Positions 1 to 13,534 of a stretch of 64,000 nt of DNA are shown here, in pieces. The stretch covers positions 122,442 to 186,441 of the forward strand of contig JBECUI020000035.1 of the NCBI GenBank assembly GCA_040954595.2, given 5' to 3'. Both the position numbers and the translations under genes were made by a program. This stretch comes from Balanoglossus misakiensis. Its lineage: Eukaryota > Animalia > Hemichordata. Each line of letters opens with the position of its first letter. The stretch's first letter is position 1. The notes beneath the pieces were generated by a model that had not been told where the DNA came from, made no database searches, and was given only the letters and a program-made list of their open reading frames with translations.

Positions 1-142
1 TTCTGATACATGTGAATAGACTAGATCACTGTCAAGAAACACTACAAGATAGGACAGGAGTCATGAGATGGTATCCATGGGCATAATAACTGATATGATC
101 AATTACACTCATGATAAGCCTAGTTCTTGGAACAGCAGAAAC

Positions 143-226
143 TGATGATGATGATGGTGATGATGATGGTGGTGGTGGTGGTGGTGGTGATGATGATTAT
201 GATGATGATGATGGTGATGGTGGTTG
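143..226. repeat. (GAT)n/(GGT)n trinucleotide microsatellite
   Basis: Directly visible; it accounts for the poly-His and poly-Met/Val ORFs in the track. Confidence 0.95.
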
Positions 227-566
227 TGAATAGTATCATTACATTCAGTGTTAAATACATGTACGGTAGAAACAAAAAGAGTGAGCGATACAGGCATGGG
301 CAGATGATGATTCCCTATACTTCCTAAAGTAGGGAGATTGCAGGCTGTGTGATTGGAGTACAACACACAGCAGCTAGGGGCTGGTGAATGTACACAGGAA
401 AAACTACTCAAAATTTCACACAGTTTTCCCTGGACAGACACAACATTACAAGGAGAGCTGTGTTAAAGTAAGGATTTAGGATTAATCAACTCTGTGAATA
501 TGACCCAATTTCTCCTCGTCAGATTATGCATAAAATTGTTTGATAGTAATGAATAAGGCTATTTAC

Positions 567-850
567 CAACAGGTGTGCATGGTGAACCAGAGTAACCAAT
601 TGGGCACCTGGTACTTCCACAAGCTGATGGCTGGATTTTGACCACACTACCCAATAACTCTTGATCCATTTCAACCCACATGACATGATTGCCAAGTGGA
701 CTTTGTGAACAGTTCAAAGCCAGACTCTGGATTTCAACAGGAGTCAATACATAATCGTATACATTCATCTGTGTAACATCACCATGGAAGCTAAAATAGT
801 TGTCAAGGAGTCCATTTTCGTCATAGCTTTGACCAAGAATTACCATACAG
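567..850 (-). CDS. Exon of host gene: C-terminal half of a pentraxin/LamG domain followed by a Cys-rich EGF-like segment (SVEP1-like architecture)
   Basis: Translation VILGQSYD...FSFHGDVTQMNVYDYVLTPVEIQSLALNC...GNHVMW fits the pentraxin C-terminal pattern (LGQ, F.G.i...n.wd.vL, C...GN...W), followed by C..GY.G..C. Acceptor ttttcaacag and donor gtaaat; phase is compatible with exon 1254-1454. Confidence 0.85.
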
Positions 851-1253
851 CTGTTGAAAAACAAGAGAATAATGAATTCATTAAAAGTGCTGGTAAGAAG
901 TTGTCAAAAATAAACTGTGAAAATCAGTATCGTTCCGCATAAGTTTGAATTTGAAAGTGCCACGAAGATAGCTTTGCTGATGTCCATAGTTTGCTCCCTT
1001 GATTTTTTTGGCCAGTTTTGTTGTAAGTCGCAACATGTTATGATGATATTGTATTGTCATGTAGGAGTAAGACAAGCTACCTAGCAGATAAGTTATAAAC
1101 AAGATAACTGCTTCACAAATAAATGGTTCACTTCTCTTGAGGCTCGGGAAAACTTGACAGTATAGGAAAATATAGAATTTTAACATGTGATGATGACAAT
1201 TTTCTATGGCTTTGTAGGAGTTAAAAATGTTCGGAGTTCCACTAGCAACTTAC

Positions 1254-1454
1254 TTTTCTGAGTCATCGATACCTGTCCAGGATGGAAGGGGTGATGTTAC
1301 TGCAACACCATTCAAGTAAACTGCCACAATGCCTTCTTCAATTACCATGACAACATTATGCCACGAGTTGTCATCTACTGATACGGTTACACCATTTGTA
1401 CTGACAGATAGACTTCTGTCCAGGACAAGAAGGGTACTATCAACTTGGGTTAAG
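1254..1454 (-). CDS. Exon of host gene: pentraxin/LamG core (DDNSWHNVVMVIEEGIVAVYLNG)
   Basis: D..WH.v......g...vYlNG LamG motif; acceptor tttcttggcag, donor gtaagt; the phase-2 junction AA+C gives Asn in frame with the next exon. Confidence 0.8.
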
Positions 1455-1692
1455 CTGCCAAGAAATTCAAAACAGAGATTAGACATAAATCGGTGCATCA
1501 GCTGGTACTTTTGGGAAATTATGACACTTTTTTTCAAACTGCACCACCTTTAGCCCATACAGAAGTATGCACTGAACTATCTACAAGTATTATGAACCCT
1601 AAGTATGAGTGCATATGCAAGTTTAAACCAGACAAATAATAAATATTCGCCGCAAAGGAATATGGTCGCCACCGTGAGAAAATGCAAAATAC

Positions 1693-4173
1693 AATTAAAG
1701 TTGCAAGCAGCGTTGGCGGGGCACAAGCGGTTCCCATGGTAACAAGCAAATGCCAAGGCTGTATCTGCTGTGGATACCAAGATATTGGAAAGTAGGTCAA
1801 AGGTCACCAGAGGTCACCCCAAATTTGGGCAAAAAAATCGGACCCCATACTAGTCTAGGTCCAACAAAAACCAAACACCTAGCTCTATTGGTTCGCCTAG
1901 AATTAGGTATGCGCATAATTAATGAGGTCTTGTGTAAGACTCCATATCTGCTCCATCGGCCCTCCAAAAGTCAGGACTCTAACTGCTGTGGATGCTGAGA
2001 TATGGGAAATTAGATCAAAGGTCATCCAAGGTCACCCAAAATTTGGGCATAAAATGTTGACCCCAGAGTGGGCCATGTCCAACTAAAACCAGACCTCTAG
2101 CCCTATTGGTTAGCCTGGAATTAGATATGCAGAAAAATGATGTTTTAGAAATAGGTCAAGGGTCATTGCCAAAATTACCAAAATAGTTGTGTCATGTCCT
2201 GGCAGCATTGGTACCCATGTCCACAAAATTCATGACTGTGGTGCTTTTACAAGAGGAGGTATGGGGATATGCATATATAATTAGTTGTTTTAAAACTGGG
2301 TCAAAGGTCATGTCAAAATTGCCCCGAAAAATTGTAACAACTTCCGGTCATATGATGACTCATATCCAAAAAAAGAATTTACGTGCTGTCAACATTTTGG
2401 CTACAAAGCAGAATTTTCATTTTTCAATGGTTTTCAGAAAATCCTACATGGCCGCCATAATGATCGACCAATCACAGTGCGCTTCGCAAACTTGATAAAA
2501 ATAGGTTAGGTGACCACATACCCCGAATCCTGTGACTCGGCAATCGCTGGTTCTGGAGAAGAAGATTTTTAAAGTTTTAAGTAGTTTTTCAGAAAAACAA
2601 TTGTAGCAAAAAAACTTTATGTGTGACGTCATGATTTCAATGGGGTAAAATGATGGACAGAAGGTAGGCTACCTGCACACCAAATTTGAACTCGATCGGC
2701 CCAGTAGTTTTTGAGAAGGACTCGTTTAACGATTGTCAGGAAATGCAATATGGCCGCCAGGTCACGTGACTAATTAAATATTCACGAGCCACTGCACGTC
2801 TACTCATTGGCCCCTATCACCCTACCAAGTTTCAGCCCCCAAGGTGCAGCGGTTTTCCAGATCTACCTGGCCGAATTTCTCGGAAGAAGAAGAAGAAGAA
2901 GAAGAATTAAAGCTGCAAGCAGCGTTGGGGGGGCACAAGCGGTTCCCATGGTGACCAGCAAATTCCACGGCTGTATCTGCTGGGGATACCGAGACATGGG
3001 AAAGTAGGTCAAAGGTCACCTGAGGTCACCCCAAATTTGGGCAAAAAAATTGGACCCCATACTAGTCTAGATCCAACAAAAAACCAGACCCCTAGCCCTA
3101 TTGGTTCGCCTGCAATTAGGTATGCACATAATTAATGAGGTCTTGTGTAAGACTCCATTATGTGCTCAATACCCATAACAGCCAGGGCTCTAACTGCTCT
3201 GGATGCTGAGATATGGGAAAGTAGATCAAAGGTCACCCAAGGTCACCCAAAATTAGGGCATAAAATTTTGACCCCAGACTGGGCCATGTCCAACCAATAC
3301 CAGACCTCTAGCCCTATTGGGTAGCATGGAATTAGATATGCAGAAATAGGTCAAAGGTCATTGCCAAAATTACCAAAATATTTATGTCATGTCCTGGCAG
3401 CATTGGTACCCATGTCCACAAAATTCATGAATGTGGTGCTTTTACAAGAGGAGGTATGGGGAATATGCATATATAATTAGTTCTTTTAAAACTGGGTCAA
3501 AGGTCATGTGAAAATTGCCACGAAAAATTGTGACAACTTCCGGTCATATGATGACTCATATCCAAAAAAAGAATTTCCGTGCTGTCAACATTTTGGCTAC
3601 AAAACAGAATTTTCATTTTTCAATGGTTTTCCGAAAATCCAACATGGCCGCCATAATGATCGACCAATCACAGTGCGCTTCGCAAACTTGATAGACATAG
3701 GTTAGGTGACCACATATCCCAAATCCCGAGAATCGGTAACCGCTGGTTCTGGAGAAGAAGATTTTTAAAGTTTTAAGTAGTTTTTCAGAAAAACAATTGT
3801 AGCAAAAAAACTTTATGTGTGACGTCATGATTTCAATGGGGTAAAATGATGGACAGAAGGTAGGCTACCTGCACACCAAATTTGAACTCGATCGGCCTTG
3901 TAGTTTTTGAGAAGGACTCATTTAACGGTTTTCAGGAAATCCAATATGGCCGCCAGGTCACATGACTAATTAAATATTCACGGGCCACTGCACGTCTACT
4001 CATTGGCCCCTATCACCCTACCAAGTTTCAGCCCCCTAGGTGCTGCGGTTTTCCAGATCTACCTGGCCGAATTTCTCGGAAGAAGAAGAAGAATAATAAT
4101 AATAATAATAATAAAGAAAAATTCCAACAATAACAATGGGGGCACAAGCCGCCTGAGGGCGCTTGTGCCCCCA
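1693..4173 (-). mobile_element. Two non-autonomous Helentron-associated elements (HINE/DINE-1-like), subfamily A with subTIR GGGGCACAAGC; units start at 1695 and 2907
   Basis: The left end has a stem-loop G(C/T)TGC-AA-GCAGC plus the subTIR. The right end has a (GAA)n/(AAT)n microsatellite and a hairpin cap TGGGGGCACAAGC...GCTTGTGCCCCCA (4137-4173). This matches the known Helentron/Helitron2 terminal layout read on the minus strand. Confidence 0.8.
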
Positions 4174-4174
4174 A

Positions 4175-7100
4175 TTAAAGCTGCGAGCAGCATTGTCGGG
4201 CCCAAGCGCTGATCTTGAATTATATATGCACAGTATGAATGAGAAGAAACAGAATTTTCTATCGGATGTATTATCTCATGACATAACAAGGATGTGTGTA
4301 TTGTTGCTGCTGAAATAGGGTGAAGTAGGTCAAAGGTCACCTAAGGTCACCCAACATTTGGGCAATTTTTTTTTACCCATACTGGTCCATGTCCAACAAA
4401 AACCAAAACTCTAGCTCTTTTGGTTCGGATGTTATTAGGTATGTGCATATTTAACGAGGTCAGCAGGTGTCACAGGTGACCCAAAAATGTGGCTTTACAT
4501 TCTGGTCCCCTCCTACAAAATGCCATGGCTGTATCTGCTCTGGATGCTGAGATATGCGAAAGTAGGTCAAAGGTCACCAGAGGTCACCCAACATTTGGGC
4601 AAAAAATTTTGATCCCATACTGGTCCATGTCCAACAAAAACCAAACCTCTAGCTCTATTGGTTCACCTGTAATTAGCTATGCACATAATTAATGAGGTCA
4701 GCAAAGGTCAAAGGGTCATGAAAAGTAGCAAAATATTTTGATCACACACTAATCCACATGCATCAAAAACCAAACGTCTAGCCCTATAGGTTAGCCTGGA
4801 ATTAGATATGCAGAAATAATAACGCGTGATAAGTAGGTCAAAGGTCATGTGAAAAATCGCCAAAAATTTGTAACATATTTTAGTCATATGACGATTGATA
4901 TCAATGAAAATAATTTGTATGCTGTCATTTTTTAGACTAGGAAAAGGAATTTCAATTTTTCACTGCTTTTTACAAAATCCAATATGGCCGCCATAATCTT
5001 CGACCAATCACAATGCTCTTTGCAAACTTGATAGACATCAGTGTAGTGACCATACTCCCCGAATCTTGCGACTCAGTTATCGCCCGTTCTGGAGAAGAAG
5101 ATTTTTTGGAGTTCTACTATGGTTTTTCGAAAATCCAATATGGCCGCCATAATCTTCGACCAATCACAATGCTTCATATCAAACTTGATAGACATCTGTT
5201 AGGTGACCACATACCCCAAACCCCGTGACTCGGTTATCACCGGTTCTGGAGAAGAAGATTTTTGAAATTTAAGCCAGATTTCAGAAAAAAAATTGTAGCA
5301 AAAAAAATGCAACATTTACAGCAAAATATCCAATTACAAAAATGATGGGCAGAAGGTAGTCTACCTGCATGCCAAATTTGAAGTCGATCTGACTTGTAGT
5401 TTCTGAGATCTGAGATTTGCATTTTTTCCGAAAAACCAATATGGCCGCCAGGTCACGTGACTAATTAAAAATTCAAGAGTTCAATGCACGACTACCCATT
5501 GACCTTGACCACTGTAGCAAGTTTGAGAAGTGTACCTGCAGTGGTGTCTGAGATCAAGAGCGACAAAGAAATGACACAAGAATAAAGAAAGAAAGAAAGA
5601 AAGACAGATTAAAGCTGCAAGCAGCATTGTCCGGGCCCAAGCTCTATTATCTGATCAGATTATTAGATATGCACATAATTAATGAGTAGAAACATAATGC
5701 TGTGTTTTATCCCATGAAATATCAAGGTTATATCTATGCTTGGTGTTGATATAGTGTTAAGTAGGTCAAAGGTCACCCAGAGGTCACCCACAATTTGGGC
5801 AGAAAATTGTGACCCATAGTGGTCCATGTCCAACAAAAACCAGACCTCTAGCCCTTTTGGTTAGCCCGGAATTAGGTATGCACATAAATAATGAGTTAAG
5901 CAGGTGTCAAAGGTGACCCAAAACTTTGGCTTTTCATTATGGCCCCATACCTCCAAACGCCAAGGTTGTATCTGCTGTGGATGTCGAGATATGCAAAAGT
6001 AGGTCAAAGGTCACCCGAGGTCACCCAACATTTGGGCAAAATATTTTGACCCCATACTGGTCCATGTATAACAAAAACAAAACCTCTAGGTGTATTGGTT
6101 CATCATTAATTAGGTATGCGCATATTTAATGAGGTCACCAGAGGTCAAAGGGGTAATGAAAAGTAGCAACATTTTTTGATCACATACAAATCCACATACA
6201 TCAAAAACCAAACTTATAGCCCTATTGGTAAGCCTGGAATTAGATATGCAGAAAAATGATGCGTCAAAAGTAGGTCAAAGGTCATTGCCAAAATTACCAA
6301 AATATTTATAGCTTATTCTTGTCATATGATGATTCATATCCATAAAAAGAATTTCTGTGCTATCAATTTTTAGGCTAGAAAAGGAATTTTTACTTTTTAA
6401 TCGTTTTTCACAAAATCCAATATGGCCGCCATAATCTTCGACCAATCACATTCCCCTTCGCAAACTTGATAGACACCTGTTTAATGACCACACACACCAA
6501 ATCTTGTGACTCGGTTATCGCCCGTTCTTGAGAAGAAGATTTTTGAAGTTTTACTATGGTTTTTCGAAAATCCAATATGGCCGCCATAATCTTCGACCAA
6601 TCACAATGATCTTCGCAAACTTGATAGACATCAGTTAGGTGACCACATACCCCAAACCGCGTGACTCAGTTATCACCGGTTCTGGAGAAGAAGATTTTTG
6701 AAATTTAAGCCAGATTTCAGAAAAAAAATTGTAGCAAAAAAACTGCAACATTTACAGCAAAATATCCAATTACAAAAATGATGGGTAGAAGGTAGACTAC
6801 CTGCACACCAAATTTGAAGTCGATCTGACTTGTAGTTTCGGAGATCTGAGATTTGCATTTTTTCAGAAAATCCAATATGGCCGCCAGGTCACGTGACTAA
6901 TTAAAAATTCACAGGTTCAATGCACGACTACTCATTGACCTTGACCACTGTAGCAAGTTTCAGAAGTGTACCTGCAGCGGTGTCTGAGATCTAGAGCGAC
7001 AAAGAATTGACACAAGAATAAAGAAAGAAAGAAGAAAGAATTAAAGCTGCAAGCAGCATTGTCCGGGCCCAAGCTCTATTATCTGATCTGATTATTAGTT

Positions 7101-10100
7101 ATGCACATTATTAATGTAGAATAGAAACATAATGCTGTGTTTCATCCCATGAAATATCAAGGTTATATCTAGGTTTGGTGTTGACATAGTGTTAAGTAGG
7201 TCAAAGGTCACCCAGAGGTCACCCAAAATTTGGGCAGAATATTTTGACCCATAGTGCTCCATGTCCAACAAAAACCAGATCTCTAGCCCTTTTGGTTAGC
7301 CCGGAATTAGGTATGCACATAAATAATGAGTTAAGCAGGTGTCACAGGTGACCCAAAACTTTGGCTTTTCATTATGGCCCTATACCTCCAAACGCCAAGG
7401 CTGTATCTGCTGTGGATGTCGAGATATGCAAAAGTAGGTCAAAGGTCACCCGAGGTCACCCAACATTCGGGCAAAATATTTTGACCCCATACTTGTCCAT
7501 GTCCAACAAAAACCAAACCTCTAGCTCTATTGGTTCGCCCGTAATTAGCTATGCACATAATTAATGAGGTCAGCTGAGGTCAAAGGGGTCATGGAAAGTA
7601 GCAAAATATTTTGATCACACACTAATCCACATTCATCAAAAACCAAATGTCTAGCCCTATTGGTTAGCCTGTAATTAGATATGCAGAAAAATGATGCATC
7701 AAAAGTAGGTCAAAGGTCATTGCCAAAATTACCAAAATATTTATGGCTAATTCTTGTCATATGATGATTCATATCCATAAAAAGAATTTCTGTGCTATCA
7801 ATATTTAGGCTAGAAAGGGAATTTTTACTTTTTAATCGTTTTTCACAAAATCCAATATGGCCGCCATAATCTTCGACCAATCACATTCCTCTTCGCAAAC
7901 TTGATAGACATATGTTTAATGACCACACACACCAAATCTTGTGACTCAGTTATCGCCGGTTCTTGAGAAGAAGATTTTTGAAATTTTACTAGGGTTTTTC
8001 GAAAATCCAATATGGCCGCCTTAATCTTCGACCAATCACAATGATCTTCGCAAACTTGATAGACCTCAGTTTGGTGACCACATACCCCAAACCGCGTGAC
8101 TCGGTTATCGCCGGTTCTGGAGAAGAAGATTTTTGAAATTTTGACCAGATTTCAGAAAAACAACTGTAGCAAAAAATCTGCAACATTGACAGCAAAATAT
8201 CCAATTACAAAAATGATGGGCAGAAGGTACACTACCAGCACACCAAATCTGAAGTAAATCTGACTTGTAGTTTCTGAGATTTGAGATTTGCATTTTTTCA
8301 GAAAATCCAATATGGCCGCCATGTCACGTGACTAATTAAAAATTCAAGAGTTCAATGCACGACTACCCATTGACCTTGACCACTGTAGCAAGTTTGAGAA
8401 GTGTACCTGCAGCGGTGTCTGAGATCTAGAGCGACAAAGAAATGACACAAGAATAAAGAAAGAAGAAAGAAAGAAAAACCCCAACGAAACCAATAGGGCC
8501 CAAGCGCTGGTATGCGCTTGGGCCCTAATTAAAGCTGCAAGCAGCATTGTCCGGGCCCAAGCTCTATTATCTGATCTGATTATTAGATATGCACATAATT
8601 AATGAGTAGAAACATAATGCTGTGTTTTATCCCATGAAATATCAAGGTTATATCTATGTTTGGTGTTGATATAGTGTTAAGTAGGTCAAAGGTCATCTGA
8701 GGTCACCCAAAATTTGGGCAGAAAATTTTGACCCATAGTGGTCCATGTCCAACAAAAACCAGACCTCTAGCCCTTTTGGTTAGCCCGGAATTAGGTATGC
8801 ACATAAATAATGCGTAAAGCAGGTGTCACAGGTGACCCAAAACTTTGGCTTTTCATTATGGCCCCATACCTCCAAATGCCAAGACTGTACCTGCTTTGGA
8901 TGCCGATATATGCAAAAGTAGGTCAAAGGTCATCTGAGGTCATCCAAAATTTGGGCAGAAAATTTTGACCCATAGTGGTCCATGTCCAACAAAAACCAGA
9001 CATCTAGCCCTTTTGGTTAGCCCGGAATTAGGTATGCACATAAATAATGAGTAAAGCAGGTGTCACAGGTGACCCAAAACTTTGGCTTTTCATTATGGCC
9101 CCATACCTCCAAACGCCAAGGCTGTATCTGGTGTGGATGTCGAGATATGCAAAAGTAGGTCAAAGGTCACCCGAGGTCACCCAACATTTGGGCAAAATAT
9201 TTTGACCCCATACTGGTCCATGTATAACAAAAACAAAACCTCTAAGGTCTATTGGTTGATCATTAATTAGGTATGCGCATATTTAATGAGGTCACCAGAG
9301 GTCAAAGGGGTCATGAAAAGTAGCAAAATTTTTTGATCACATACAAATCCACATACATCAAAAACCAAACTTATAGCCCTATTGGGTAGCCTGGAATTAG
9401 ATATGCAGAAAAATGATGCGTCAAAAGTAGGTCAAAGGTCATTGCCAAAATTACCAAAATATTTATAGCTTATTCTTGGCATATGATGATTCATATCCAT
9501 AAAAAGAATTTCTGTGCTATCAATTTTTAGGCTAGAAAAGGAATTTTTACTTTTTAATTGTTTTTCACAAAATCCAATATGGCCGCCATAATCTTCGACC
9601 AATTACATTCCTCTTCGCAAATTTGATAGACATCTGTTTAATGACCACACACACCAAATCTTGTGACTCAGTTATCGCCGGTTCTTGAGAAGAAGATTTT
9701 TGAAATTTTACTAGGGTTTTACGAAAATCCAATATGGCCGCCATAATCTTCGACCAATCACAATGATCTTCGCAAACTTGATAGACATCAGTTAGGTGAC
9801 CACATACCCAAAACCCCGTGTCTTGGTTTTCACTGGTTCTGGAGAAGAAGATTTTTAAAATTTAAGCCAGATTTCAGAAAAAAAATTGTAGCAAAAAACT
9901 GCAACTTTGTCAGCATAATTTCTAATTACAAAAATGATGGGCAGAAGGTAGTCTACCAGCTTGCCAAATTTGAAGTCGATCTGACTTGTAGTTTCTGAGA
10001 TCTGAGATTTGCATTTTTTCAGAAAATCCAAGATGGCCGCCAGGTCACGTGACTAATTAAAAATTCAAGGGTTCAATGCACGACTACTTATTGACCTTGA

Positions 10101-10193
10101 CCACTGTAGCAAGTTTCAGAAGTGTACCTGCAGCGGTGTCTGAGATCTCGTGGGTCAAAGAATTGACACAAGAATAAAGAAAGAAAGAAAGTA
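4175..10193 (-). mobile_element. Four non-autonomous HINE-like elements of 1.4-1.7 kb, subfamily B with subTIR GGGCCCAAGC; units start at 4175, 5609, 7041 and 8529
   Basis: Each begins ttaaagctgc(a/g)agcagcattgt(c)cgggcccaagc, has internal subrepeats and ends in (GAAA)n. One hairpin cap at 8494-8527. Confidence 0.85.
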
Positions 10194-13011
10194 TTAAAGC
10201 TGCAAGCAGCATTGTCCGGGCCCAAGCTCTATTATCTGATCAGATTATTAGATATGCACATAATTAATGAGTAGAAACATAATGCTGTGTTTTATCCCAT
10301 GAAATATCAAGGTTATATCTATGTTTGGTGTTGATATAGTGTTAAGTAGGTCAAAGGTCACCCAGAGTTCACCCACAATTTGGGCAGAAAATTTTGACCC
10401 ATAGTGGTCCACGTCCAACAAAAACCAGACCTCTAGCCCTTTTGGTTAGCCCGGAATTAGGTATGCACATAAATAATGAGTTAAGCAGGTGTCACAGGTG
10501 ACCCAAAACTTTGTCCTTTCATTATGGCCCCATACCTCCAAACGCCAAGGCTGTATCTGCTGTGGATGTCGAGATATGCAAAAGTAGGTCAAAGGTCACC
10601 CGAGGTCACCCAACATTTGGGCAAAATTTTTTGACCCAATACTGGTAAATGTCCAACAGAAACCAAACCTCTAGGTCTATTGGTTCATCTGTAATTAGGT
10701 ATGCACATATTTAATGAGGTCACCAGAGGTCAAAGGGGTCATGAAAAGTAGCGAAATTTTTTGATCACATACAAATCCACATACATCAAAAACCAAAATG
10801 ATAGCCCTATAGGTTAGCCTGGAATTAGATATGCAGAAAAAAACGATGTGTCAAAAGTAGGTCAAAGGTCATTGCCAAAATTACCAAAATATTTGGGGTA
10901 GGTCCTGGCAGGGGTGATACCAATGTGCACAAAAATCAGAACTCTGGTACATTTAGAACAGGTAGTATGAGCTATATATGCATATATGCAGGTTCTTAAA
11001 AAAGTAGGTCAAAGGTCATGTGAAAATTGCCAAAAAATTTGCAACATATTCTAGTCATATGACGACTCATATCCACAAAAAGAATTTGTATGCTATCAAT
11101 GTTTAGACTAGAAAAAGGAATTTCAATTTTTCACTGCTTTTTACAAAATCCAATATGGCCGCCATATTTTTCGACCAATCACAATGCTCTTTGCAAACCT
11201 GATAGACATCAGTGTAATGACCATACTCCCCGAATCTTGCGACTCAGTTATCGCCAGTTCTGGAGAAGATTGTTGGAGTTTTACTATGGTTTTTCGAAAA
11301 TCCAATATGGCCGCCATAATCTTCGACCAATCACAATGTTCTTGGCAAACTTAGTAAAAATGGTGGCAAAAAAACTGGAACATGGACAGCATAATGTCCA
11401 ATTACAAAAATGATGGGCAGAAGGTAGACTACAAACTATTATGATTACACACTAATCCACATGCATCATTACACATGCAGTAGTTGAGGGCGAAATACAA
11501 AGTTAGAATGGACACATTATGTGATTGGTTAATTAGTCACAAGTGATGTGTGGATTGGTTGTAAATAGTTGAAAATTTTCATCTGAATCAGTGAAAGTTT
11601 TGACAAAGGTATTTGTTTGGCAATAAACATATCTTTATTTAAGTGAACAGATCTGTATATTACATTCGTTAACTGTGAAGAGGATGTAGTATAGATATAC
11701 CAATATATTGAGCTGTATAAACGGAGTGTTAACCCAACACGTCTATGGGGTATGAATCTGAAAGCAACTTCATCCTACGCACTTGAATCCGAAAACGAAT
11801 CTGACTCCAGCAGAGGCGTTGACCTGAATCCGGTGAGTAACACGTATACAATTACATGCGGTTTTTAAATGTGGTACGAATGAGAGAATCGGTGGTTTGA
11901 ACGTATAATACTTGGTGATGTTGGTTATGAAGTTGTTGTTTAACCAATGGTAGTGTGATTTTGTTTGTTTGTGAGACGATGGCAGTTTTGTAAGATGTTT
12001 TGTATTTTCGTCTCGAGCGAATTCCAATATGGCGGCTATCGTAACGTGTCGAGATTGCTTACTGTATGTAAAGAATCCATGGTACCGTAAGCATGCATGT
12101 TTTGGCAAATGTTATATATGTTGAGATGGTGGAGTTTGCTGGATTAAATAGAACAATTAGAGGCTGGGTAAATCAGAGTTTCTAGTGAGTTCCATTCAAG
12201 TTGAAATTACGAGATAAGCTTCTTTTTGCAGTCAATGTACAAATGATTATTTAGACTGGAAAGGGTTTAGGCAAGCGAATCTCGTGACCGGAAGTGTTGA
12301 ATTCGGGCGATCGCTGTGTCATGCGTATGTTACGTACAAGCGTTGGTAAAGTATTATTTCTGGGATGTGTATTTGTAAAAAAAAATTAACTGTGTGATAT
12401 TTATGGATTGGCTTTTCCAAATACGTAAATACTGCATTTATTTCTGTGAATATTGTGTGTTTATGTGATCAAAAGCCCAGGGGTTATCATTGTAATTTTT
12501 ATCAGTTAAATCGATTTGTTTTTTGATAATTGAAAGGAATTTTGCTTCAAATATTGAACAATCTGTGTGAGTACAAAACAGAAACATTGCTGGATTATTT
12601 GACGTTTTAGTTGTTTGTAAAAATGTGGGGACAAGCGGAGAATTGGCCAAATATTTTTGGTGACCACTGTCTTTAGTGTGTATGCTTTCTGGTGGTGACA
12701 GGTGTGCCAAAACATAGACAATGGAATCTGGCAGGAGCATGAAAAGAACAGTTGACTTGTAAACATATTTTGATGCCATGAAACTATGTTGTGGGCAAGA
12801 CAAGTTATGTTATCAATCTGTGGTAACCTGTATGTGCCATTTGTATGGAAACTGTGATCAAGATATGAATTTCTGAATATCACAAGCTTGGCAGTGAATT
12901 CATTGTTAATTGTTATCCTGTTTGTAGGCAATTGTATATTTTCATGTACTAGTTTAAATATACATTTATAGTTAATTAGTTATTAATTATTATTTATTAT
13001 TTTCTTGACAG

Positions 13012-13037
13012 ATTTTGGCTACCAAAGAGTTTTCAAG
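13012..13037 (+). other. Candidate 26-nt 5' leader micro-exon of the Helentron transcript
   Basis: tttcttgacag|attttggctaccaaagagttttcaag|gtgagt; both splice sites are retained in the diverged paralogous copies near 41932, 42549 and 43166. Confidence 0.55.
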
Positions 13038-13534
13038 GTGAGTGTTGGTGCACAACAGTGCATAGTATCATAGATTAACACATTTAGGTGTGCATTGTGT
13101 CAAATGTGAAGTAGCCTTTTAAATCATTTGCGGAGGAATTGCTTAGTTCTACTATCAGTCACACTGTGGTTTAATATCAGATAGGATGATTGTCCACTTC
13201 CATGCACCGTCTGTTAACATGTAAAAGCACTAGCCCATTTCTTTGAATTTGTTATTCAGGGGTGACGGAAGAAAAACATATTGTAATAGTTCATAGAAAT
13301 GGTGTTTATTGAATACATCAGAAAGGAAGGGACTTGTATGTGCAGAACAATCATTGTGCTATGTGGTGTTAAGACCATTGGATAGTGCCATTTCTTACAA
13401 CAGTGGCTTCAATAAAACATTGGTATGATGTATGTTTCTTGATATCCCTGCCTTGTTATTGAACTTGTATATTAAATTGTTAAGTGTAAATCAGGTCTAT
13501 AACAATCGTTTGTGATTTGTATGAGTACATAATG

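Noticed and set aside
109-441. Poly-His and poly-Met/Val ORFs
   Set aside because: Translations of a trinucleotide microsatellite.
1534-11413. Recurrent 60-110 aa ORFs in the HINE units (also at 29522-34820)
   Set aside because: They recur only because the DNA is repeated; frames are broken between copies and no domain motifs are present.
1693-11430. Simple satellite DNA or rolling-circle head-to-tail concatemer
   Set aside because: Adjacent units belong to different subfamilies, most lack their caps, and the displaced caps match a nested order.
13145-13200. Resemblance to U2 snRNA (ttctactatcag...tttaatatcagata)
   Set aside because: Only a short partial match; the branch-point recognition sequence and 5' stem are absent, and the paralogue near 42080 does not conserve it.
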